NCBI GenBank assembly: GCA_965207445.1
Contig: CBDBLX010000002.1
Span: forward strand, 608,001-672,000
Length of the DNA stretch: 64,000 nucleotides
Direction of reading: 5' to 3'
Source: Nitrosopumilus sp.
GTDB taxonomy: Archaea > Thermoproteota > Nitrososphaeria > Nitrososphaerales > Nitrosopumilaceae
The notes beneath the pieces are model-generated. The model was not told where the DNA came from. It made no database searches and saw nothing but the letters and a program-made list of their open reading frames with translations. Shown in pieces: positions 11,461-20,438 of this stretch. Position numbers and translations under genes: made by a program. Position 1 is the first letter of the stretch. Each line of letters starts with the position of its first letter.

Positions 11461-11516
11461 GTGTCGTGTATCTGTTACCGTGTAGTGTCGTGTATCTGTT
11501 ACCGTGCAGTGTCGTG
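11461..11516. repeat. 24-bp tandem repeat GTGTCGTGTATCTGTTACCGTGYA x~2.3
   Basis: Directly visible. Confidence 0.85.
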
Positions 11517-11867
11517 TTGTATAATTAGGCAAAATCTGTTTTAGCACAATATGTGTTTCTGGTTTTATATGTGATATATTTTTTAATTGTCTAGTTTAAA
11601 TATAATTATAATGTATGATTTAATAAATTTATTATATAATTATATTTTTATAAATAACTTAGTAAATAATTTTATAAATAATTTTGTGAATAATTTTTAG
11701 TAAGATTATATAAAATAACAAATATCTAAAATTAAAAGCACTTGTAAAAATTAATTTTATATGCACACCAATGAAATCTAAAATAATACTGACTGAGTCT
11801 TGATTTGTTTTTGACTATAGTTCATTTTTATTAACAAATAAAAAAATAACAAAGTGCGTAGATTGCA

Positions 11868-12341
11868 CTATTGTGATTTTAGATAATTTTTGATCGCATC
11901 ATAGTCTGGCTCTTCTAATGGATTATCAGTGACCCATTTGTATCCTATCTTACCATCTACATCTATTACAAAGACTGATCGTTTTGCAGCGTTGTAGTCT
12001 TTTATGTGCAACAAATCCTTCATCAGCACATCATAATCGCGTATGGTCTTACTATTGTAGTCTGATAGGAATGGGAATGTATATCTGTTTGCTGTAGCAA
12101 ATGCCTTGTTTGCAAACGGACCATCATTACTGATCGCTATCACTTGCGCTCCTGCATCTGATATTTCTTGCCATGCATCTCTAAGTTTACACAGCTCTGT
12201 CTCACATACTGGTGAGCTAGATGCCACAATGAATGTCAGCACGATCTTTTTTGTACCTTTGAACTCGTCTAGGTTTCTCATCTTCAAGTCCGTATCTGGA
12301 AGCTCAAAACCTGGAGCAATATCGCCTACGTTCAATGTCAT
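11868..12341 (-). CDS. Peroxiredoxin (AhpC/TSA, BCP-like)
   Basis: GDIAPGFEL, SPVCETELC, RSVFVID. Confidence 0.88.
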   Translation of the reverse strand: MTLNVGDIAPGFELPDTDLKMRNLDEFKGTKKIVLTFIVASSSPVCETELCKLRDAWQEISDAGAQVIAISNDGPFANKAFATANRYTFPFLSDYNSKTIRDYDVLMKDLLHIKDYNAAKRSVFVIDVDGKIGYKWVTDNPLEEPDYDAIKNYLKSQ

Positions 12342-12551
12342 TATTTGTGTGTATTTTTTTGTATTATAAAGGTCTTAGAAGCTTTGGTTGTTGGACTAAC
12401 ATCCAACCATCTTCTCTGAAAAAAAAGTTATGATGGATGATCATCGAGTGTATGATGAAAGATATGTAGACTTTAATCCGCGCGTCGATTTGAGTTTGTT
12501 CTCAAACCCACCATTGAGTTTTTTAGAGATGTTGTTTTAGTTGAATATGTT

Positions 12552-12613
12552 TTGCAGACGTATCTTGCAGACGTATCTTGCAGACGTATCTTGCAGACGT
12601 ATCTTGCAGACGT
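12552..12613. repeat. 13-bp tandem repeat TTGCAGACGTATC x~4.8
   Basis: Directly visible. Confidence 0.95.
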
Positions 12614-13097
12614 GCACAAAGCGCGATCCGTTCCTCTTACAGAATATCTTCTTTGCAGGCTTGATGAACTCTTGGAGGCAGTCGTTGATTAGTGTATACG
12701 TGGTAACCTGAGCGCATGTCAGGCAGTAGATACAAACAATCCAACACGATCAGCTCTTTTTTTTGATTGAGTATTTTCATACAAGAGAAATACTGCTTTG
12801 TCTTTTTTCTGATCTGCCTTGATGGAGACAAAATCATCTGAATTTGCACTAAAATATCACCAATTAAATTTGTAAATATCAAGGGTCTTCTGCGTTAATC
12901 GTTGGTAACTGAAATCTGGCAAGTTTAGTAGGTATACTCATGGCGTGGTTGAATAAACTTTTTAAAAATTCACAATTTAAAATCTCACATAATGTATAAT
13001 TCTAGTGAACATTTTCTCAAAATATGGGTGTGTTGACATCGTTTTTGCACATGAACGTTAAATATACACGTCGTGAGATCCCATTGATGAATAAAAA

Positions 13098-14885
13098 ATG
13101 AGATCAAAGAGTGTACAACAAAAGATTACTGATTATGAATTTAACCCTGGTGATGTTCAAGATTCAAATGATTTGGGACAAAAACGCCCAAAGCTAGATC
13201 GTCTTAAACGATTTAGAGGATGGTTTACACTAAAACATGACAGGACAGTAAGGCTAGCAACATGGATGCAAAAACGTGTCTCATGGAGCAAGGGCGCAGA
13301 AAAACGAGGTCAAAAAGCCATGCGTATACTGGAAAAACCAGAGAATATAACGTGCATTAAACCTGGTCATTATGCAGTCAAATCGCAGTCCCAACCAGGT
13401 CTGTGGTATGATGTTATCCGGAAATCCACCGGAAGATATGAGTGTAACTGCTTAGATTACGAATACAGAAAAGCTAAATGTAAACACATTTTGGCGGTGA
13501 CGGCACATGTAGTGGACAATGAAGCAGAAAAAATTATGAAAAACATATCGGAGACCGACAATAAAGAGACAAACGTTACAAATCGTTGCACTACCATTAC
13601 AGAATATTGTACCAAAAAATACGATGGTGGTGATCAATTACCACACACAGAATCAAAGCAAGAAAAAGATACAGACACACAAACAAAATCTGAATTATAT
13701 GATGATAATGGTGATGATCAATTACCACACACAGAATCAAAGCAAGAAAAAGATACAGACACACAAACAAAATCTGAATTATATGATGATAATGGTGATG
13801 ATAATGGTGATGATAATGGTGATGATAATGGTGATGATAATGGTGATGATAATGGTGATAATGAATTTACAGATTCTGTTGAGCCTACACACATCTACCC
13901 CATAGATGAAAAACGCCCTCCAAAGTGTAAATACTGCAATAATACGCACATAATCAAATATGGGACACAGGAATGGACTGTAAAAGAAACAGGCCAAAAA
14001 AAGAAAGAACAAAGATGGCAGTGTAGTAAAAAAGACGGTTGTGGTGCAGTATTTGTATACAGAGCAGGCATGGAACGTATGCGTTGTAGCAAAAAAGACG
14101 TAGCAGATATGTTAAATGATTATTTCAAAGGACACTCATCACCAGCAATTTCTGACACACTAAAATCCCAAGGACTAGAAAGACATCACACCAGCATCCT
14201 CAGAACAATTGCAAAATACACCAAAATGATCAATACATACACAATGAACCTACCATTACCAAATCTTGGCGATAGATTTCATGTAGATGAAGTATATGTA
14301 AAGATAAGTAATAAAACGCATTATCTATTTACTATAATTGACTACAAGACGCGGGTATTGCTTGCAATTGAACTGGGAGGTAAAAAGGATGAATTTAATG
14401 CAACGAGCCTGTTTACAAATGCCGCAATACGTGCAAATAAGATACCCGTAGAGATTATCAGCGACGATCTTGACTCATACAAAGTTGCATTTAGAGTCGT
14501 ATACGCACAACTTAGTCCACTTGATGATCACTGTGAGCACATTTCAGATCCTGATAAAATTACACAATTGCAACGACAAAAAAAGACACAATGTATACAC
14601 AAAGACAAAGCAGGAATAAGCAAAACTCATGACAAGGGAAACAACAATGTCATTGAAAGTTTTAACAATATACAGCGAATCTGTTACAATCCTCGACGCG
14701 GAATCAAAAGCACAAAATCTGCCATAGCCATGGGCTTTAGTGTGTGGTACAACTATGTACGTCCACATGGATCATTAGGAGGTACACCCGCAGAAGCAGC
14801 AGGAATAACAATACACGGCAATAACAAATGGATTACACTCATCGGCAATGCTGGCGTGGCAGCCATGGGAGGAGCAGTGGCCTGA
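13098..14885 (+). CDS. DDE transposase (IS6-like) with N-terminal SWIM zinc finger and Zn ribbon
   Basis: SWIM CNC..CKH; CKYC...C..C ribbon; HVDEVY / ISDDL / NNVIES triad; YNYVRPH. Confidence 0.88.
   Translation: MRSKSVQQKITDYEFNPGDVQDSNDLGQKRPKLDRLKRFRGWFTLKHDRTVRLATWMQKRVSWSKGAEKRGQKAMRILEKPENITCIKPGHYAVKSQSQPGLWYDVIRKSTGRYECNCLDYEYRKAKCKHILAVTAHVVDNEAEKIMKNISETDNKETNVTNRCTTITEYCTKKYDGGDQLPHTESKQEKDTDTQTKSELYDDNGDDQLPHTESKQEKDTDTQTKSELYDDNGDDNGDDNGDDNGDDNGDDNGDNEFTDSVEPTHIYPIDEKRPPKCKYCNNTHIIKYGTQEWTVKETGQKKKEQRWQCSKKDGCGAVFVYRAGMERMRCSKKDVADMLNDYFKGHSSPAISDTLKSQGLERHHTSILRTIAKYTKMINTYTMNLPLPNLGDRFHVDEVYVKISNKTHYLFTIIDYKTRVLLAIELGGKKDEFNATSLFTNAAIRANKIPVEIISDDLDSYKVAFRVVYAQLSPLDDHCEHISDPDKITQLQRQKKTQCIHKDKAGISKTHDKGNNNVIESFNNIQRICYNPRRGIKSTKSAIAMGFSVWYNYVRPHGSLGGTPAEAAGITIHGNNKWITLIGNAGVAAMGGAVA
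13632..13863. repeat. In-frame 84-bp duplication followed by a 12-bp (DDNG)n repeat inside the transposase
   Basis: 84-bp units start at 13632 and 13716, then GATAATGGTGAT units. Confidence 0.95.
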
Positions 14886-15071
14886 GTCTGTACAACCTTG
14901 CCATGTGAATCCAAGGGTCTTGAGCCAGTCATGCAACGACGGTGATATTACGGGACGCATCAATGTCGTACAAGCGACAATGGTAGCAACGTGCAAGTTA
15001 CCAACGATTAACGCAGAAGACCCAATATCAAATATGAAATAGTTATATGTAGAATATTATGCAAACTTGTT

Positions 15072-16796
15072 ATGAAATTATTTAATATGATATTGTGTAG
15101 TGTTTTGGTGGCTACAGTATCATTGATAGGGTTTGAAATAATGTATACTGATAATAATGATAATAATAATAGTCTAGTAGTTCAAGAGGCTAGTGCTCAA
15201 AAACCCTACCCGCCTGAACAAATAGGACGTCTCCCAACCTCAGACATGCTACCTGTATGGACACCTAATCAACCAGCACAACCAACTGGAATGCCAGCTA
15301 ACATGAGTAACGTAAATGTTGTGTTTAATGTGGTTATACCATATCTTGGAGGTTGGATACATGAAGATGTCTCTCCATACTTTGCAGACCCCTCTGTTTC
15401 ATTTCGCTATGTTACACTTATTCTAAATGTTGGATATGATGCCAGTGCACCCTATCACCCAACTGCAGTAGGTGTATACTCTAATATCGAAAATAGACCT
15501 GTAGCCGAATATGCCGATGATGAGAACATCAATGTAGCTGTAATGCATGCTCTATACCATCTTGCACTAGAACTTGATTCGAACAAAAAGGATCGTTGGG
15601 ATGAAATGCTAACTCGTATAGGACTTGATCCTACTGATAGACGTGGCCTTGACCTTGACTGTAGCACCACTCAGACGATATCTGATCCAGTTGTAATTGG
15701 TAACTTTGCTGGAAAATGTGTCATCGAAGGACGTCAAAATGATGGATTTAACTATGGCAACACTTACTCTTACTCTGGAACTTATCCTATCATACCTAGT
15801 ACCGTTAATTATACTCCCGTAAATACTGCTACTAATCTAGTAGACCCCTCAAAGTGGCAACCACAACTAGTAACCAAACATAACACACAGTTTGTACAAC
15901 AGTTTGTAACCCCACAATGGGCAAATACAGAGCCATATGCAATAGGATTTAACCCTCGAGACATTAGAACACCTTCTCCTGTAAATAGTGACTATGCGAA
16001 CAACATGGCCGGCTACAAGGCACAAGCAGATGAAGTAATTAATGCAGTTGCAGGTTTAACAGATGAGCAAAAGATGATTATCGAATATTTTGACAACAAG
16101 GCTCGTGAAGTATTGTTCTTTCCAGCAGTAGAGGCAATCAACCCTGAGACTGGCATGCCACACAGAACAGCAGACTTTTTCCGACTAGACTTTATGTTGC
16201 ACATTGCACAATTTGATGCAGGTATATTCACATGGCAAGAGAAAGCCATACATGATGCAGTACGCCCAATAACTGCAATTCAGACAATTTACGGTGACCA
16301 GATGATTCGTACATTTAACGGACAGATGGTATCTGGAAATGACTGGACATCTTATGCTGATGTCGGAGACCACCCAGAGTATCCGTCTGCCACTGCTTGC
16401 TTTTGCGCAGCACAAGCTGCGGCATGGAAACAGTATCATGGTGGTAGTGATACAATTCCAACATTCCAACATCCTCTGTTAGGTCCAGTACCTGGATTCA
16501 CTGGTGTCCTACCTGCTGGCTCTTCAATATATGAGCCTGACATAACTCCTCAAAACAACGTGACTGTAAACTTTGATACATGGTCTGATTATGTTGATAC
16601 GTGTGGTGAGAGTCGTATATGGGCAGGACTGCACTTTAGAGATGCAGTAGATGCATCAATTGAGGTGTGTGATGATATAGGTAATCTTGCGTTTGCATAC
16701 TTTGATACTTTGCTAGATGGTACTGCACAATCGCCTAGAACTCCTGCTGTGGCACTAACTCCTTATGTGGCACCCGTGTCTGCAATTTGTCGTTAA
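15072..16796 (+). CDS. Secreted vanadium-dependent haloperoxidase-like protein (PAP2 superfamily), copy 1
   Basis: N-terminal hydrophobic signal; K-x6-RP (EKAIHDAVRP), HPEYPSAT, SRIWAGLHF; WQP..QFVTPQW segment typical of bacterial VHPO-like proteins. Confidence 0.82.
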   Translation: MKLFNMILCSVLVATVSLIGFEIMYTDNNDNNNSLVVQEASAQKPYPPEQIGRLPTSDMLPVWTPNQPAQPTGMPANMSNVNVVFNVVIPYLGGWIHEDVSPYFADPSVSFRYVTLILNVGYDASAPYHPTAVGVYSNIENRPVAEYADDENINVAVMHALYHLALELDSNKKDRWDEMLTRIGLDPTDRRGLDLDCSTTQTISDPVVIGNFAGKCVIEGRQNDGFNYGNTYSYSGTYPIIPSTVNYTPVNTATNLVDPSKWQPQLVTKHNTQFVQQFVTPQWANTEPYAIGFNPRDIRTPSPVNSDYANNMAGYKAQADEVINAVAGLTDEQKMIIEYFDNKAREVLFFPAVEAINPETGMPHRTADFFRLDFMLHIAQFDAGIFTWQEKAIHDAVRPITAIQTIYGDQMIRTFNGQMVSGNDWTSYADVGDHPEYPSATACFCAAQAAAWKQYHGGSDTIPTFQHPLLGPVPGFTGVLPAGSSIYEPDITPQNNVTVNFDTWSDYVDTCGESRIWAGLHFRDAVDASIEVCDDIGNLAFAYFDTLLDGTAQSPRTPAVALTPYVAPVSAICR

Positions 16797-16943
16797 TCTT
16801 ATTTTCTAAACACAACTCCTACATACTGTTGAAGACATGTGGGTATTGAAAAACAAACCCCGGCATAATCTTACAAAATGAAAAACATCTCTAAAAATAA
16901 AAATAACTACAATTTATCATAAAATAGTAATTGCCTCAAAACA

Positions 16944-17017
16944 TGGGGACGATGGGACTTGAACCCATGATCTCCAGCGCCCGAGGCTGGCAGTATACCA
17001 AGCTAACCTACGTCCCC
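16944..17017 (-). tRNA. tRNA-Pro(CGG)
   Basis: GGGGACG/CGTCCCC acceptor stem, CCAGC-CTCGGGC-GCTGG anticodon arm, GGTTCAAGTCC T-arm. Confidence 0.95.
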
Positions 17018-17065
17018 GAGTAATTTTTTGTATGTTGTAATATGAACCATTGACATTGTATTTTA

Positions 17066-17145
17066 GTAATCATTTAACTCCCTTCCTACGCCAGACGTTA
17101 AGTGGTGAATCTATGCCTAAATTTGGTAAGAAATTGAACGGTTAC
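17066..17145. mobile_element. 80-bp MITE (family B, GTAA...TTAC ends) with 9-bp direct repeat TGTATTTTA
   Basis: Flanks 17057-17065 and 17146-17154 are identical; homologous to 58836-58916. Confidence 0.75.
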
Positions 17146-17288
17146 TGTATTTTAGATCAAATTGACGTATTAGATGTTTTTAACTTGTTTTCACACTAAA
17201 GTGTATTAGATTATAAATCCATATTCTTTAACTGTGGTTTAAATTTAAAGGATAGCTTTTTATACAAAAATTAAGGCAAAAAGCTAAA

Positions 17289-17663
17289 TTGGTTGGGGAG
17301 TTAGCAGGCAATTATGGTACAATTGCGCTAATGTTTGGTTTTGCTGCTGTTGCTATGGCACCTGCACTACTTGTTTCAAGAATGATCTCGCCTCGCAAGC
17401 GTAGCAACCCTGTAAAGTTTTTGCCTATGGAGTGTGGTCAAGTGCCTTCAGGTGAAGGACGTACACATTTTATGATGCAGTATTATCCATATATTTTGAT
17501 GTTTGTTGTATTTGATGTGATGGCAATCTTTTTGTATGCTTGGGGTAGCGCACTTTTTGAGCTTCCAAAAAGTGCTACTTTGCCTATGATCGGATTTCTT
17601 GGCATAATGTTCGGCGCTATGGCATTTGCACTATATCAATCGGGGAGAAAAAAGATATGGTAG
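17289..17663 (+). CDS. nuoA: Complex I subunit A
   Basis: PMECG, YILMFVVFDV; first gene of the operon. Confidence 0.93.
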   Translation: MVGELAGNYGTIALMFGFAAVAMAPALLVSRMISPRKRSNPVKFLPMECGQVPSGEGRTHFMMQYYPYILMFVVFDVMAIFLYAWGSALFELPKSATLPMIGFLGIMFGAMAFALYQSGRKKIW

Positions 17664-17752
17664 TTTCTTATATGCGAAATTTCTATTGTATATTGATGAC
17701 TGATAGTGGGCTGAGCATTCATAAAAGTGAAAAAGGGGGGTGTTTGGTCTAA

Positions 17753-18277
17753 ATGCTCAAAGACTTGGTGACTCCTGAGAATGCCAATGTTTTTGTTGGC
17801 AAACTCGGTGACATACTGGAGCGTGCAATTGACAAACCTCTTGGGTATGCAATAAATTGGGGCCGAATATGGTCACTGTGGCCTGTACATATTGAAACTG
17901 CGTGCTGTAGTGTAGAGTTTGGTGCTGCATCTGGACCACGTTATGATGTTGAACGATTTGGTATTATCGAAGCATTTGGTTCATTACGTCAATGTGATTT
18001 GGTGGTTGTGCAAGGTACTATAACGCGCAAGATGGCTCCAAGACTAAGGTTAGTCTATGATCAAATGCCTGAACCAAAGTATGTTATTGCCATGGGCGCA
18101 TGTGCTATTACAGGTGGACTTTATTTTGATTCATACAATGTACTACCGGGGATTGATGGTGTAATACCTGTAGATGTGTATGTACCCGGATGCCCACCAA
18201 GACCTGAGACATTAATACAGGGTTGTATCCTGTTACAAGAAAAGATCAAGAGAATGAAAGCTAGGAAGTTCGTATAA
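17753..18277 (+). CDS. nuoB: Complex I subunit B
   Basis: TACCSVE, MGACA, VPGCPPRPE. Confidence 0.96.
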   Translation: MLKDLVTPENANVFVGKLGDILERAIDKPLGYAINWGRIWSLWPVHIETACCSVEFGAASGPRYDVERFGIIEAFGSLRQCDLVVVQGTITRKMAPRLRLVYDQMPEPKYVIAMGACAITGGLYFDSYNVLPGIDGVIPVDVYVPGCPPRPETLIQGCILLQEKIKRMKARKFV

Positions 18278-19236
18278 TGAGTAAAGATTCATCGGCAGAT
18301 ACAGAAAAGCCAACATCAAATGAAGCCACTACTACAACAGCAACAAAAGCAGTACAACAATCTACTGAGAGTGATAATGCTACAGATAAAACAACACCAA
18401 AGTCTGAGAGTTCTGATGAACCTACGTCATCTGATTATACAAAAGAAAAAACTATACCCAAGCCAACATCTGATACTAAATCGCCACCAGAACAATCCAA
18501 AACATCATCTGATGTTGTAAAACCACCTGCTGCTAAACCCACACCTGCTGCTAAACCCACACCTGCTGCTAAACCCACACCTGCTGCTAAACCCACACCT
18601 GCTGCTAAACCCACACCTGCTGCTAAACCCACACCTGCTGCTAAACCCACACCTGCTGCTAAACCCACACCTGCTGCTAAACCCACACCTGCCAAAAAAC
18701 CTCTTGCTAAAAAACAACCACCCCCACCCCCACCCCCACCCCCAGAGTTTGAAAAAGGAATATCTGACAAGATATCTGCAAAATTTACTGATGGTGCCGT
18801 AACGTCCACATTCATAAAACCTGGCAGAGTCGGGATAAAAGCAGAGCGAGAGACTGTGCATATGGTCGCAGAATTTATCAGAGATGAACTTGGTTTTGAT
18901 CATGTAGAATCCGTATCTGGTGTAGATTACCCTGCAGACGGTGAGATCGAAGTAGTTTATCACATTGGCTCTTACACTAGTGACTCCTTGGCAGGTCAAA
19001 TAATTACCCTGTCCACTCGAGCACAACGTGAAGACGATCCGATACCTGGAGGTGATGCAACACGACTACCAAGCCTTCGTGATGTATTTTATAGTGTAGA
19101 GTTTCACGAGCGTGAGATATTTGAAATGTTTGGTGTATATTTTGAAGGACATCCGGACAATCGTCGACTATTATTACCCGAAGATTGGGCTGATTTACCA
19201 CCTCTAAGAAAAGACTTTGCCATAAAAGGGAGATGA
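18277..19236 (+). CDS. nuoC: Complex I subunit C with long low-complexity N-terminal extension
   Basis: EREIFEMFGVYFEGHPD..RLLLPEDW...PLRKDF. Confidence 0.93.
   Translation: MSKDSSADTEKPTSNEATTTTATKAVQQSTESDNATDKTTPKSESSDEPTSSDYTKEKTIPKPTSDTKSPPEQSKTSSDVVKPPAAKPTPAAKPTPAAKPTPAAKPTPAAKPTPAAKPTPAAKPTPAAKPTPAAKPTPAKKPLAKKQPPPPPPPPPEFEKGISDKISAKFTDGAVTSTFIKPGRVGIKAERETVHMVAEFIRDELGFDHVESVSGVDYPADGEIEVVYHIGSYTSDSLAGQIITLSTRAQREDDPIPGGDATRLPSLRDVFYSVEFHEREIFEMFGVYFEGHPDNRRLLLPEDWADLPPLRKDFAIKGR
18526..18687. repeat. Perfect 18-bp tandem repeat CCTGCTGCTAAACCCACA x9 (PAAKPT) in nuoC
   Basis: Nine identical units counted. Confidence 0.95.
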
Positions 19237-20438
19237 TTACAACGATGACAGATACACATACAACAGTACCGGCCACCTTTACTAACACTGCACCTGCACC
19301 ATTCACACCCGCTGAACTTCCTCCGGGATTGGCACTCCAAAAGGTTGATGAACGCATCATGACACTAAATGTAGGTCCACAACATCCAGGCTCAGGACAC
19401 ATGCGTATCGTGGTGCAGATTGACGGTGACTATATTGTCGCATGTGATCCGGATCCTGGATATGTACACCGTGGTGAAGAAAAGATGGCAGAGTATCGTA
19501 ACTATATTACAAACATACCTCATCTCGAGAGGCCTGTCATACATGACTCTTGTAACATTTTGTATCCCTATGTGCTTGGAGTCGAAGAACTACTTGGAAT
19601 TGAGACTCCTGAGCGAGCTAAATATGTAAGAGTCATTGCTGCTGAGCTGAACCGTTGTATATATACAATGTACTGGCTTGCAATATATGGAATATTTTTG
19701 GGACACTCTACAATGTTCATGTGGCCTGCAGGTGACAGAGAATTATTAATAGACTTGATGGAAAAGATGACTGGTGCTCGTGTCACGCATGCGCATTTTG
19801 TGCCAGGTGGAATCAGAAACGATCTTCCTCCAAACTTTGAGGATGTCTGTATTAGGCAGGTGAACTATTTTGAAAAACGAATTCGTGAGTATGCTGATAT
19901 CTTTTATGACAATCCAATATTAATATCGCGTACAAAAGATACTGGAGTACTGTCACGTCAAGACGCAATTCGCCTTGGTACTACTGGTTCTGTACTGCGT
20001 GCAAGCGGTGTGGATTATGATGTTCGTAAAAAAGAGCCATATGATGTATATGATGAGCTTGATGTCCAAACAAATGTAATGACTTCTGGTGATTCATATG
20101 CTCGCTCACGTGTTCCTTGGCTTGATATGCTTGAGAGTTGTAACATAATCAAAAGTGCGCTTGAAAAGATGCCAAAGTCTGGTTCTGTGCGGGTCAAATT
20201 AAAACCAAACCCAAAGGGCGGTAATGACACTGTATACAAGCGCGTAGAGTCTGGACGTGGCGCCCTTGGTTGTTATATTGTATCTGATTCAAAACCAGAA
20301 CCATATCGTGTAAAGATGAGTGTTGGTTCGTTTAGAAATCTTATTGCACTGCCATATCTACTCAAGGGTGAAAAACTTGGTAATATGCCGTCTGTATATT
20401 GGAGCCTGAATTATTGGCCAGTGGAGGCTGATCGTTAA
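19233..20438 (+). CDS. nuoD: Complex I subunit D
   Basis: LNVGPQHPGSGH, GYVHRGEEK, C-terminal EADR. Confidence 0.95.
   Translation: MITTMTDTHTTVPATFTNTAPAPFTPAELPPGLALQKVDERIMTLNVGPQHPGSGHMRIVVQIDGDYIVACDPDPGYVHRGEEKMAEYRNYITNIPHLERPVIHDSCNILYPYVLGVEELLGIETPERAKYVRVIAAELNRCIYTMYWLAIYGIFLGHSTMFMWPAGDRELLIDLMEKMTGARVTHAHFVPGGIRNDLPPNFEDVCIRQVNYFEKRIREYADIFYDNPILISRTKDTGVLSRQDAIRLGTTGSVLRASGVDYDVRKKEPYDVYDELDVQTNVMTSGDSYARSRVPWLDMLESCNIIKSALEKMPKSGSVRVKLKPNPKGGNDTVYKRVESGRGALGCYIVSDSKPEPYRVKMSVGSFRNLIALPYLLKGEKLGNMPSVYWSLNYWPVEADR

Larger units (their letters stand above)
12883..15023 (+). mobile_element. Complete 2.14 kb IS element (IS6/IS240-like DDE) with 28-bp perfect TIRs and 8-bp TSD
   Basis: GGGTCTTCTGCGTTAATCGTTGGTAACT at 12883-12910, its reverse complement at 14996-15023; AATATCAA at 12875-12882 and 15024-15031. 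Confidence 0.92.

Noticed and set aside
11560..11800. Extremely AT-rich tract as a replication origin
   Set aside because: No ORB-like repeats or adjacent cdc6/orc1; similar tracts occur elsewhere (e.g. ~37950-38150).
12637..12882. 81-aa minus-strand ORF beside the IS
   Set aside because: Begins at the IS target duplication and has no recognisable motif.
15184..16763. VHPO pair as a diversity-generating retroelement template/variable repeat
   Set aside because: The repeat is gene-length with few differences, several not at adenines, and no reverse transcriptase is present.
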